Assembly (NCBI GenBank): GCA_951406725.2
Contig: OX597816.1
Span: forward strand, 163,432,001-163,496,000
Direction of reading: 5' to 3'
DNA: 64,000 nt
Source: Octopus vulgaris
Lineage: Eukaryota
A program made the position numbers and the translations under genes. Shown here piece by piece: positions 1-12,436 of the stretch (its first letter is position 1; every line of letters begins with the position of its first letter). The notes under the pieces are model-generated. The model was given only the letters and a program-made list of their open reading frames with translations. It was not told where the DNA came from and did not search any database.

Positions 1-359
1 CCTGTTTTGCTACGGGCTTTTATGCCTGAGTTCTTTATTTGTTTTATAACTATTCTTTCCATGTTTCCCCATTTGTCCTGTAGCAGCTTGTCGGCTGCCT
101 CACTTATATCTTATTTGGTGATTCTTTACTCCATAAATCGATATTTTTTTATCTGAATTTGCTAAAGATGTTTTTGATATATTCTATGGGGATCGGTTGA
201 TTTTATAAATGGTGACTCTGAACTATCATTCTTTTTTGTGGCTAATTAGTTTTGTTGTTACCTTGGTGACGGTATCGATGTTGCTCTATTGTTATTACCG
301 TTGATGTTGTCATCGAAAATTTATCTTGTTCACAATAAAGTCAGAAATCTTTTTTGTTT

Positions 360-1000
360 TCCCCCACCAAAAAATGTAATTTATTTTGGTGTTGGTAACG
401 TGATACTAACTCATATCTTCTGGTCAGTCAGGAAGACATTCTTGCCTAATTACATCATACTGTTGAACACGAGTTGCAAATCCTGAAAGAATTCATATAA
501 GGAGTGGGTCTCTATCATTACCCAGCTCATATTTATATTTAAATAATTTTCTACATCAAACCGAAAAAGTCATTTTATTGAAATGTCAATATTTATATAT
601 TTTTTTAATTGTGGAATAAGTATGTATGTTGTGCGTATCTGGCTTAAACCCATCACTTACAAACCTAAAATAGTATTAACTATTTATCCTTGCTCCTGTA
701 CTGTAGATTACTTCCAGGGAGGCAATTAGTATATATGGCTTCGATCCGATGCAATTATATTTGTTTTAGGTTAGCGAGCTGGGATTTAAAATATAATATT
801 GTATGCGGTTTGGATGTTGTTTATTGTTTCTTGTTAAGTTGTAGCTAACTTCAGCGTCGTTCCAGTTGAATAGCATTTAGTATCTACGGCCATTTGGGAA
901 AATTTTGTCTATGTTACGAAATTCGTTTTTCATTAATGAGGGTGCGTGATTAAAATTCAACCAATTTATCTGAGAAATTCCTTACAAAGAATACTGGAAT
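360..1000 (-). mobile_element. Decayed Penelope-like element, linker plus GIY-YIG endonuclease region
   Basis: Interrupted minus-strand translation gives 'EFRNIDKIFPNGRRY*MLFNWNDAEVSY', 'LEVIY', 'FK/RYAQHTYLFHN' and terminal 'HQNK', in PLE C-terminal motif order; many stops and frameshifts. Confidence 0.5.
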
Positions 1001-1577
1001 TTTCAAATTGATAATTTCAACTATAATTCAAAATTAATTTACGAAATTGGACTGTTCAAGTAACAATTTGTAGTGCTGTTTCAGGCAATGAAAATATATA
1101 TGTGTTTGTGTCTTCGATATTACTTTATAACCCGATTTGATTATCCGAGTGCTTATAACCAGTGGAGTTAAGTTAGCACTTTCTTTCTCATCCGTTGATG
1201 ACAGTATCGGGCGCATATAATTTTTTATTACCGGAAATATCTATTCTGCGTCGACAGAAGATATAGATTATGCATACGTATTTATTCTACTGTATATATA
1301 TAACTAGATTGTTTTTTTTCCTTCAAGTACCACTCCTCGTCTTAGCTCTACTTCTTTATCATTATATTATCGCTCTAAACCTGACGTTTTATTTACTTTT
1401 ATTAGATAAACTCTTTGCACACATAAAAACAATTAAATCCGATGAAGATAACTTCGTGACAATCCGGTGAACGAAAAAGTCAAACAAAAGTTCGTTCATG
1501 TCCTGGTGATATCATATTTATTTAAATAGATTTATGCTTCGAACTGCTCGGGTGTCAGGTAATATACATTCTGCCCG

Positions 1578-1776
1578 CGCACGCGCACACACACACACAC
1601 ACACACAGCGCACGTGTATGTGTATGTATGTACATATGCGTATGTATATATATATATATATATATAGATACATACACACACATCTATATCGATGCATACA
1701 TAAATACATATATGTATATATATAGAGAGAGAGATATATATATATAGATACATATACATAAATACATAATGTAGGT

Positions 1777-1843
<67 letters not shown>

Positions 1844-2075
1844 AATACATAATGTAGGTATATATATATATGTGTGTGTATGTATATATATATATATATA
1901 AATTTAATGTCTGTTCTCAGCATATTGGCATAGAAATAATTTTTCTTTTGCCCTTGTTTATAAGTTATATATATACACAAACACACACAAATGTGTATAT
2001 ATATATATTATATATACATATACATGACTTATATATTAATATATCTTATATACATATATATATAGAGAGAGAGAG
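1578..2075. repeat. Compound (CA)n/(TA)n/(GA)n microsatellite
   Basis: Direct inspection. Confidence 0.95.
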
Positions 2076-2745
2076 AGACAGACAGGCAGAAACGCATATG
2101 CAGATTACTAAAGCTGGTACAAAAAAATAAATGTGTCAATTCTGAGCACAGTTCTAAGGCAAATCATGGCTGACAGTTCCATTCATATCTCGTCCAATGT
2201 CAATTGTTGTCACCCATTGTCTCTTACTGTCACAAAATGCCAACCATTGTCATCGGTGCAAATTTATTATCTCCCCTTCATACATCCTCCTTTCTTGAAG
2301 TTATCGATTTCAAAGTGTTTGTCTACTTGTAAACCTCTATTTACAATCATGTGACACTTTTATGGGTTAGTTTTTTTTGCTGTTGTTATTTTTTTGTTCT
2401 TATTCTTTATTTTTCTTCTCTCTCTCTCTTTCTCTCTCTCTCTCTATGTTTTTCCTGATTTTATCGCAACTTTGATTTTTGTTTATTGTTATTTGATTAA
2501 GAGATTTATTTTTGATATAATATATAATAAAACGTACAGACATATAAGACAGAAATGTGTGTGTGAGTGCGTGTGTGTGTATGTGTGCATGAGTGTGTAT
2601 ATGTGCGCGCGTGTACCATCATATATGCGTGTTCGATTCTGCGACAGATGTTAAAGAAATGTGTGTGTCTGTGTGTGCGCGGGCACGCGTTTTTTGCGTT
2701 TCTCTGTGTCTACCTCTCTATATGTCGATGTCTGTAGATATATAA

Positions 2746-2839
<94 letters not shown>

Positions 2840-2900
2840 TTATATATGTATGTGCGTGTGTGTTTGTATACGTCTGATTGTATATGTGTGTGTGCATATG

Positions 2901-2944
<44 letters not shown>

Positions 2945-3156
2945 CAGGGTGGCCCAAAAGTTGGTTCACAGTTATTCAACTATCTCTTTCACATTCATAT
3001 ATTAACAGTTTAGATCTTAATTATAAAAAAATATGAAAGCACTATTCTATGCTAATTTAGTTAATTGTTAATTAGAAATGTAAATGTAATAATATGCTTT
3101 AAAAGAAATTTAAAGTGCCTACGTGATAACTGTAAACCTACTTTTGCGCCTGACTG
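2945..3156. mobile_element. Tc1/mariner-type MITE (about 212 bp)
   Basis: Imperfect ~30-bp TIRs CAGGGTGGCCCAAAAGTTGGTTCACAGTTAT / ATAACTGTAAACCTACTTTTGCGCCTGACTG, with TA on both sides. Confidence 0.75.
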
Positions 3157-3241
<85 letters not shown>

Positions 3242-3444
3242 AATATAGAGATATAGATAGAGATATAGAGATATAAATAGAGATATAGAGATATAAATAG
3301 AGATATAGAGATATAGATAGAGATATAGAGATATAGATAGAGATATATAGATATAGATAGAGATATAGAGATATAGATAGAGATATAGAGATATAGATAG
3401 AGATATAGAGATATAGATAGAGATATAGATAGAGATATAGATAG

Positions 3445-3539
<95 letters not shown>

Positions 3540-3540
3540 C
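3157..3540. repeat. (TA)n-(GA)n-(GATATA/GATA)n compound repeat
   Basis: Direct inspection. Confidence 0.95.
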
Positions 3541-3668
3541 ACATATACAAATAACAAAAGGGGTGGTGTTTCCACGCAGGAAAAAAATATAGGAAAATGT
3601 GTTGTTGAAAATGCACCTAAATTTCAAAGACTCGTAAATGTTTGAAATACATTTATTTACATATATAC

Positions 3669-4042
3669 CAAACTAGTTCCAACAGAATTTTTTGTTTATC
3701 AATGGTAAAAGTTTAAACTTAGAAAAAACATCTTTAAAAGTGACAATATTGATAAATTAAAACATTTAAACGTTGATAAATTAACATGTTCAAAACTGAA
3801 GCTTTAAGTTTGAATGTTCATAGCGTTTTAATTTTATTGCTACGAACATTCAAACTTACATCTTCTGTTTTGAGCATCTTAATTTATCAAAATTGAAACA
3901 TTTTAATTTGTCAAAATTGAAAGATTTTGGTTTGTTAACATTGAAACATTTTAATTTGTCAACATTGAAACTTTTAAAGATGTTTTTTTAATTATAAACT
4001 TTTAACATTGATAAACAAAAAATATTGTTGGAACTGGTTTTG
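3669..4042. mobile_element. Foldback/palindromic AT-rich element (about 370 bp)
   Basis: Left arm CAAACTAGTTCCAACAGAATTTTTTGTTTATCAATG matches the reverse complement of the right end; centre AAGTTTGAATGTTCATAGC-14 nt-GCTACGAACATTCAAACTT. Confidence 0.75.
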
Positions 4043-4046
4043 TATA

Positions 4047-4260
4047 TCTATTATATAAAATCCGTTCTGTCTGTCTGTGTGTGTGTCTTCTAGGATCTCG
4101 GGCACTCTCCATCTGATTGCGCTCAAATTTGATATATAGATATTGAAGGTGTCAGGGCGTGCATAAGTCTTGAAAAAATTACAAAAATCGAGTCCAGGTG
4201 AGAATGCGATCGATAAAGCTGTGTGAACGTGCATTTGTAAAATCGTTTTCCTTGGAATAG
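4047..4260 (+). mobile_element. Non-autonomous Helitron 5' end
   Basis: A|TC start, TCTATTATATAAAA then (CTGT)n and GATTGCGCTCAAATTTG; same 5' architecture as the complete Helitron at 49257-49651; no CTAG end seen. Confidence 0.55.
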
Positions 4261-4490
4261 AAAAAAGTCTATCTTTATTTCTTCTTTTGCTGGTGTCTCA
4301 AATTTAGGTTAAATTAGTGTTTCTCAAAGGGAAGGCCTATGAGACGGTCGGACAAGTTGCTTTGAGAAAATTATATTCATAGTAATTAATGTAATATTGT
4401 AATATAAATAAATTATTGGATTGTCAATAGAATATCTCTATATTTAATTTATCTTTTTATACATACAGATATATAGACAGATAGATATAT

Positions 4491-4573
<83 letters not shown>

Positions 4574-4631
4574 CAGATAGATATATAGACAAATAGATAG
4601 ATAGATAGATAGATATATATAATATGTATAA

Positions 4632-4840
4632 TCTATATATATATAAAACTGAGAATGTGTGTCTGTCTGTCTGTGTGAATCCCTAAAACTTGAGAACTAC
4701 ACAACCAATTTCATTCAAATTTTACACATGCCTTACTTAGGGTCCATGTAGTGCCTAGGGCGAGCCCACAACAATATCACATCTTCTCCACTATTTCAGT
4801 ATTGCGTGTTAAAAGTGAAACAAAAGCATCTCTCTATTGT
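4632..4840 (+). mobile_element. Non-autonomous Helitron 5' end
   Basis: A|TCTATATATATATAAAACTGAGAATGTGTGTCTGTCTGTC resembles the 5' end of the 49257-49651 element (TCTATATATATAAAACTGTAGTTGTGTGAGTGTCTGTC). Confidence 0.6.
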
Positions 4841-4853
4841 ATGTATATGGATT

Positions 4854-4892
<39 letters not shown>

Positions 4893-4893
<1 letters not shown>

Positions 4894-5075
4894 GATCTTT
4901 TCCTTTTGATGGACGGTTAAAATTCGAAGAATTAAACTACGTTAAACTTACAAATTATAATTTTGTTTTCAATTTTGTTTACAATATTGTTTTCTTTTGA
5001 CACATTCTACCAGTATACGAAGTTTCAAATTGTTGAGTTAACTAGAAAATTCCGTCCATCAAAAGGAAAAGATCC
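4893..5075. mobile_element. MITE with perfect 24-bp TIRs
   Basis: GGATCTTTTCCTTTTGATGGACGG (4893-4916) / CCGTCCATCAAAAGGAAAAGATCC (5052-5075), TA-rich flanks. Confidence 0.85.
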
Positions 5076-5364
5076 GTAATATAAAATAAATATCCAAAAT
5101 GGAAACGAGTGCCAGCGTTCATGTGGCAGTCTTGACAATTGCTAGGAAATTTTCTCTCGACATGAAACCAATGGTAGCCTTGTTAACCCCAAAATAAAGT
5201 ATATATACATATATACATAAGTACATACTGGAAATTGGTGCTTCTAATTGTTTGAGAGTTCCCAATTCTTAAGCTTCTTAGATTTTCTTTTCGTCAGGTT
5301 TTTTTGACAGCGAAAATGAAGTAAATTACAGTTCAAACGAAATTTGAAACAACACTCTCGCTCC

Positions 5365-6125
5365 ATTTCTTTCCTTCTCTCAACATTTCTCTCTCTCCTT
5401 TTTTCTCTCTTCTTTCTTTCTCTCCTCTCCCTCTCACTCTATCTTTCTCTGTCTCTCTCTGATTCTCTCTCTCTCTCTCTCCCTCAGTATCTGTTTTAAT
5501 CTTTCTCTCTAAATTTGTCGCTTCTCTTTCTTTTCTTCTGCATTTGTGAATTTCTTTCTTTCTTACTCTCTCTTTTCCTCTCCCTCTCTCTGTCATTTTC
5601 TCTGTCTTTCTCTCTCTCTCACACTGTCTTTGTCTCTCTCACTCTTCATCTCTCTTTCTTTCTCTCGTCAAACTCACTACCAATTTCATTTTCTCTCATC
5701 TCTCTCTTGTTTGCTTCTCTCAGCCCGCATTTCTCTCTCTCTCTATCTCATCATCTCTCGCTCTCTCTCTCTCCCTTCCTCTCTTTTACACTTTTTCTCT
5801 CTTTCTCTCTGATCCTATCTCTTCCACTTTTCCTCCCTTTCTCTCTCTCTCTCTTTCTCTCTCTCCCTCTCCCACTTTTCCTACTTTTCTCTCTCTCTTT
5901 CTCTTCCTCTCTCTTCCACTTTTCTACCTTTTCTCTCTCTTCCACTTTTCTTCCTTTTCTCTCTTTCTTCCTCTCTCTTCCAATCTTCCTCCCCTTCTCT
6001 CTCTCCCTCCCTTTCTCTCTCTCCCTCCCATTCTCTCTCTCCATCCCTTTCTCTCTCTCCCTCCCCTTCTCTCTCTAACTCCCTTCCTCTCTCTCTCCCC
6101 CCTCTCTCTCTCACTTTCTCTCCAT
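5365..6125. repeat. Degenerate (CT)n polypyrimidine tract
   Basis: About 760 bp almost entirely C/T. Confidence 0.9.
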
Positions 6126-6674
6126 TGGCTTGATTTTTTTTTTTTTTGCTTTATTTTAGTAAATATTGCCCTTTCTTCTTCCAATACTTAAAAAAACTTA
6201 AAAAACAGTCTTATAGCCTTTATGAAATATCTCTCAAGGCCACAGAAAACCAGGATTTATTTTCTTGCTTTTTGTTTCTTCATTATACATAGACAAGTTT
6301 GGTATGTGCAACAAATACCACAAGAATTATATTTTGCCATACATACCAAATGTTCAAAGATTGAGAAAGAATTAAAAATTAGTTGTTAATACACAGAGAT
6401 TATTTTTCCTTTCTTTTCTTCGCTCGTTTTTGTTTATATTTTTCGCCATTTTCTTAAACTATATTTTAAATGTATTTTAAAGTTTATCTGTTTTAATTTT
6501 TTTTTTTCTAAATCTATCATTGCGGAGGAATGATTTATTACTTAAAGACGTTTGTGACAAATGGCAACCACCACCATCACCACCACTACCACAACCAGCA
6601 CCGAAACCACCACAACAACCACCACCATCACCACCCCCACCAGCAGCCAACACGAAAACGATATTAACATTGAC

Positions 6675-7171
<497 letters not shown>

Positions 7172-7662
7172 TCCACGCTTATATAAGTGAGAAAAGTAAA
7201 TTCATTTATTATTACTTTGTGATTTACCTCTTAAAACATGTTTCGTTTTAGCTGATTTTAATTAAGACGGATCATTAAATATGCAAGTTAATTAACTCCG
7301 CTACCTTCTGCTATATACTTTATTGAACGAGCATATGAATTAAATTTACTTTTATTTACTCCTACCCCTCACACTTCACATCTCTCCCCACCACACATAC
7401 ACACACTACGAGATATTTGTTACACTTCACCATATGAGTTACGCCATGTTTACTGAGCATAATGGGAACTTTAAAGTCATATTGACGTAATTTGGATCAA
7501 ATTCTCAACGACCGGTCGCGTGAAACTACCCAGATACTATGGTGGTGAAGTTTTCGATATCTAAGCATGGAAATATATCCTGTATACTAATATATTGGGC
7601 TGAAATATCCTTTTTTTGTGTGTGTGTGTGTTTGTCTTCCACCACAGCTTGATAGCCATTCC

Positions 7663-7704
<42 letters not shown>

Positions 7705-7833
7705 GCCACCCCTTTTTTTTGTTTCTTTTGTTTTTTGTTTTTTTCATCCCCCCAAAGAAAAGCTCTACCTTGTAACTTGTCCCATCTGTGTGCAGCCCTG
7801 TGTGGCCAATAAAGAAACTTATCTATCTATCTG

Positions 7834-7866
<33 letters not shown>

Positions 7867-7996
7867 ATGTCTGTCTGTCTGTCTGTCTGTCTGTGTACAT
7901 ATATATATATAATTTATTTTATCTAGTTTCAGCTCACGAGCTGTGGCCATGCTGGGGCACCGCCATTTATTTTATATATATATATATATATATATA

Positions 7997-8202
7997 TGAC
8001 CGCGTGTGTACGGTTGGCGATTTTTTTTCTCCGTCTTCCCTTCTCTGGATCTTTCCTTTTCCTATGTTTCTGACGAAGAGCTCCGCTCGAAACGTTAAAC
8101 CCTCCTTCTTCCCTTCCTTCCTGAGCATCCAATAATACTATATTTGTTCCACGTCCTCGCGTTGTTGTGTTTTCTCTTTGTGTTTTCATGTTTGGATTAA
8201 CT
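7997..8202 (+). mobile_element. Short hammerhead-bearing element, family H1 copy 1, in (TA)n
   Basis: About 200 bp, similar to 8990-9194 and 53785-53980(-); (TA)n on both sides. Confidence 0.85.
8066..8100 (+). ncRNA. Minimal type-I hammerhead ribozyme (canonical core)
   Basis: GTTT-CTGACGA-A-GAGC(TCC)GCTC-GAAA-CG-TT-AAAC: stem I GTTT/AAAC, stem II 4 bp, palindromic AACGTT in place of stem III. Confidence 0.8.
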
Positions 8203-8233
8203 ATATATATATATATATATATTCCAATGGCCG

Positions 8234-8294
8234 GATAACTGAAGATATGGTGGCGTGGATTTCCACCTCGGCATCCGAAACTCAAAGTTTTATC
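8234..8294 (+). ncRNA. Type-I hammerhead motif, family H2, damaged stem II base
   Basis: GATAA-CTGAAGA-...GTGG/CCAC...-GAAA-CT(CAA)AG-TT-TTATC; stems I and III pair; downstream sequence homologous to 27964-28057. Confidence 0.6.
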
Positions 8295-8376
8295 ATGGCT
8301 ACCAAATAATTGTCCCATATTAATTACATTTACAGATAAATTCCTCTATTTACATAATATCGAGGTCTCTTTCTTT

Positions 8377-8592
8377 CGTTGCTCCAGTTCACTCAGCTGT
8401 AGAAAAGAGCTGCGACGTCACGGGTGCCAAGCTGTATCGGCCCCTTTGCCTTTCCCTTGGATAACATCGGTGGCGTGGAGAGGGGAGGTTGGTATGCATG
8501 GGCCACTGTTGGTCTTCCATAAACAACCTTGCCCGGACTTGTACCTCAGCGAATAATTTTCTAGGTGCAATCCCATAGTCAGTCATGACCGA
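8377..8592 (+). mobile_element. 3' part of a SINE (central domain plus tail)
   Basis: CGTTGCTCCAGTTCACTCAGCTG matches the central region of the tRNA-headed SINEs at about 9430 and 59948. Confidence 0.55.
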
Positions 8593-8989
8593 TATACAAA
8601 CAACGGGTTTCTTTCAGTTTCTGTCAACCAAATCCACTCACAAGGCTTTCGTTAATTTGAGGCTAGAGAAAAGGAGCCACTCCCAATTCCTTCTTCCTCG
8701 ACCATAACACTACTAGCCCTACAACACGGAAAGATTAACAGCCACAACCACACACACATACACACACACACGCACACACATACACACACACACGCACACA
8801 CACACACACACGTGTCATCATTGCACACATACACACATACACACACGCACACGCAGACCTCCGCGCACGCACATATCCACACTTACACACACATTCCTCC
8901 TCCTCTCCCACTCTCCTGTCTTTGAAAGAACCACTCTACTGTCTTTGAAAGAACTTTTCTTCACCCATTTCCTTCCGGTTATTCAAAAT

Positions 8990-9194
8990 GTGGCCGCGTG
9001 TGTACTGTTGGCGATTTTTTTTTCCTCTGTCTTCCCTTCTCTGGATCTTTCCTTCTCCTATGTTTCCGACGAAGAGCTCCGCTCGAAACGTTAAACCCTC
9101 CTTCTTTCCTTCTTTCCTGAGCGTCCAATAATACTATATTTGTTCCACGTCCTCGCGTTGTTGTGTTTTTTTGTGCTTTCTTGTTTAGATTAAC
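8990..9194 (+). mobile_element. Family H1 copy 2 with U4C hammerhead at 9062-9096
   Basis: GTTT-CCGACGA-A-GAGC(TCC)GCTC-GAAA-CG-TT-AAAC within a close copy of 7997-8202. Confidence 0.85.
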
Positions 9195-9429
9195 TTTATA
9201 GTACAAGACACTTGCCCAAGTCGAACGTTGCCTGTGAAATATGCATCCACATTTCCAGTGGTTAATTAAGCAACAATAACAACAATGGTAGAATAGTCAT
9301 CATGTCCACATGAGGTGTGAGTTCGCGCCCACTGGACAGCTTTACGCTTTTTCCAAAAGGTTTTTTTCAGCCCAATATTTACATGTTATTTTTAGCTTTA
9401 GGCCGTAACCGCTAGGCCACGCGGTGTGA

Positions 9430-9550
9430 AGGCGCGTGTGGTCTAGCCATTAAGATGTTACACTCACGATCGTCACATCATGAGTTCGATTCCCAGGCCA
9501 GGCAGCATGTTGTGCTTTCGAGCAAAGATTTCTATTCCACGTTGTTCTGG
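9430..9550 (+). mobile_element. Degenerate tRNA-derived SINE head
   Basis: A-box-like TGGTCTAG and B box GAGTTCGATTCC; related to 43411 and 59948. Confidence 0.6.
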
Positions 9551-9584
9551 TGGTGGTGGTGGTGATGGTGGTAGGATTAGCAAA

Positions 9585-9818
9585 GGCGGTGAGCTGGCAG
9601 AATCGTTAGCACACCGGGCGAAATGCTTAGCAGTATTTCGTCTGCCGTTACGTTCTGAGTTCAAATTCCGTCGAGGTCGGCTTTGCCTTTCATCCTCTCG
9701 GGGTCGATTAAATAAGTACCAGTTACGCACTGGGGTCGATGTAATCGACTTAATCCGTTTGTCTGTCCTTGTTTGTCCCCTCTAAGTTTAGCCCCTTGTG
9801 GGTAGTAAAGAAATAAGG
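9585..9818 (+). mobile_element. SINE family A, full length
   Basis: GGCGGTGAGCTGGCAGAATCGTTAGC head, B box GAGTTCAAATTCC, central GCCTTTCATCCTCTCGGGGTCGAT; about 10 copies in the window. Confidence 0.9.
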
Positions 9819-10014
9819 ATTAGCAGTAGTAGTAATCGTTGTTGCTTTTGCTGTCATTGTTTAATTCCTCGTCAAACTCGATTGAAAAAAAAAAGCCTAG
9901 ACTTCCACGAAACTGTCAGCTTCTGCGACTCTTATGCAGCTTCACAGCTAACATATACAAATATGTGTATCCGTACGTGTGTTTGCGTTTACATGAGTGT
10001 ATGTATTTGTATTG

Positions 10015-10364
10015 TGTGAGTGTGTGTGTGGGTGGGGGTGTGGGTGTATGTGCACGTCCACATTTGTGTGTGTATGTGTGTGTGCCTTTGTATGTGTGCA
10101 TGTGTGCGTGTGTGTGTGTGTGTGTATGTGCGCGTCCACATTTGTGTGTGTGTGTGTGTGTATGTGTGTGTGCGTGCGTGTATGTATGTGGACGTTCACA
10201 TTTATGTGTGTGTGTATGTGTGCGTGTGTATGTGGCCGTCCACATTTGTGTGTGTGTGTGTATGAGTGTGCGTCTGTGTGTATATGTGTATGTGCGCGTC
10301 CACATTTGTGTGTGTGTGTGTATGTGAGTGCGTCTGGGTGTGAGTGTGTATGCGTGCGTGTGCA

Positions 10365-10404
<40 letters not shown>

Positions 10405-10407
10405 TGC

Positions 10408-10446
<39 letters not shown>

Positions 10447-10456
10447 CGTGCGTGTG

Positions 10457-10502
<46 letters not shown>

Positions 10503-10514
10503 TGCGTGCGAGTG

Positions 10515-10570
<56 letters not shown>

Positions 10571-10580
10571 CGTGCATGCG
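10015..10580. repeat. (TG)n array punctuated by GTCCACATTT
   Basis: GTCCACATTT or a variant recurs five times in 10056-10307. Confidence 0.9.
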
Positions 10581-10927
10581 TTGTATTGAGTCTTGTGTAT
10601 TGAGTTGTGTGTGTTTGAAATAAGTTTTCTAGAAATGAAGAATTATCTTGCAAATATCCACGAAAATGAAAGAAAAAAACCATTACTAAGATCTGTTGAA
10701 AGATATAAAGACGATTTTTGTTGTTTTGTTTTAGTAAATTTCTTCCGATATTTTTTAATCTTTGAATTACATCTTTCTTCTATTTTTTTCTATTTTTTTT
10801 TTTTTTTACAAATATTGTATCATTGTTACCACATCAACAACTGTTTACTTAAAATTTATATGCGAATGCGTTTACCGCTGCTAGTCTGTATGTGTGTGCG
10901 TGTGTGTGTGGGGAGGATGTGTATCTG

Positions 10928-11153
10928 GTGGGTGGGTGGGTGGGTGGATGGGTGGGTGGATGGGTGGGTTGATGGGTGGGTGGATGGATGGATGGGTGGG
11001 TTGGTGGGTGGGTGGTTGTGTGGATGTGTGGGGGGATGGGTGGGTGGGTGGGTGGGTGGATGGGTGGGTGGGTGGATGGGTGGGTGGATGGGTGGGTGGG
11101 TGGATGGGTGGGTGGATTGGGTGGATGGGTGGGTGGATGGGTGGGTGGGTGGG
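10928..11153. repeat. (GGGT/GGAT)n tetranucleotide array
   Basis: Direct inspection. Confidence 0.95.
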
Positions 11154-11214
11154 TTTTTGGGTGGATGTATCTGGTGAGTCGGGGTAGGGGGTGCATCTGG
11201 GTGTTGTTTTAGTC

Positions 11215-11460
11215 GTTTATTCTTTCACTTCTTATCTGCGATCATGCTGGGGCACCGCCTTGAGGAGAGTTTTTTTTTCTTTTGTTTTTTTTTTTTAGTC
11301 GAAATAATCAACCCCGTTACTTATATTTTGAATCCTGGTACTCATTCTATCGGTCTCTTTTGTCCGAACTGCTGAGTTACGGGGATGTAAACATACCAAC
11401 ACCGGTTGTCAAGCGGTGGTGAGGGACAAGCACAGACACGAAGATACACACAAACATAGA
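11215..11460 (-). mobile_element. SINE family B, 3' half
   Basis: Matches the reverse complement of the 3' half of 52906-53306. Confidence 0.8.
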
Positions 11461-11466
11461 TATACT

Positions 11467-11762
11467 GTCCACCATTCGTGTTTTTTATTTCTGTTTTTTA
11501 TTTCTATTTTTGTTTCTTGTATTTCTATTCGTGTGGCATCCTGTCTTTGTTTCGTATACATTCGATCCTCTTTCCAAGAAATCCAATGCCTGTGGCTTGT
11601 TTTTTCCTTGGGGCTGGCCGGGTCGGAGTAATATCGAGATTAAACAACCGAAATTACTAAGATGATCCGGTTCCCGACTGAAGATTAGAGGCTTCGAGTG
11701 ACCCGTCTGTTTTTTTTGTGTCGTCTCTTTGTGTGTTTTTGCGTTCTTGTCCCACTTTGTAA
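11467..11762 (+). mobile_element. T-rich short element (family X) ending in (TA)n
   Basis: Homologous to 11983-12198(-): TTTTTCCTTGG.GCTGGCC...CGACTGA.GA...TGACCCGTC; its 3' end also appears at 13748-13812. Confidence 0.7.
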
Positions 11763-11785
11763 TTTATATTTTATATTTAATTTCT

Positions 11786-11832
<47 letters not shown>

Positions 11833-11883
11833 TATATACATACAGACATATGTGTGTATACATATGTATGTATGTATGTATGT

Positions 11884-11969
<86 letters not shown>

Positions 11970-11982
11970 GTATATATATATA

Positions 11983-12198
11983 TACAAAATGGGCCAAGAA
12001 TGCAAAGCATCCAGACAGTTTGGTGATACAAAAAAAGGACAACAAAACATCCAGATAGACGAAACAAGGAAAACAAGGACGGGTCATTCGGAGTTTTCTT
12101 TCCTCAGTCGAGTTCCAGATTATCTTTGCAATTTGGGCTAGCTATACTCGAGACTGCTCCAATCTGGCCAGCTCCAAGGAAAAACTAAGCTAAGAGCT
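11983..12198 (-). mobile_element. Family X element, inverted copy
   Basis: Reverse complement aligns to 11590-11760. Confidence 0.7.
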
Positions 12199-12436
12199 TT
12201 GCGGAACATTGCGCTTTGCAAAACAGGTGAGCTAAACAAGCTGGCAAGTGACCTACTGCTGTGGATGCCTAGGCAAGGCCGTACTCCAGCAGGTCATCCG
12301 AACACAACATATGTAATTAAATTCACCAGAAACACTGGATGTCTCCCCCAAAGACCTCCTCAACTAGTGCTGGACTGAGATGGATGACGTGCCGGAGTTA
12401 AACATATCCGAGGAAGCTCAACAAGATGATGATGAC
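12199..12436 (+). mobile_element. RTE-type LINE 3' end
   Basis: 'KLASDLLLWMPRQGRTPAGHPNTTYV...TG...HIRGSSTR*' followed by a (TGA)n tail. Confidence 0.8.

Noticed and set aside
1435-1555. CCGATGA...GAA possible hammerhead
   Set aside because: No consistent stems I and III.
6520-6660. Proline-rich ORF
   Set aside because: Degenerate (CCA)n repeat running into a TA microsatellite.
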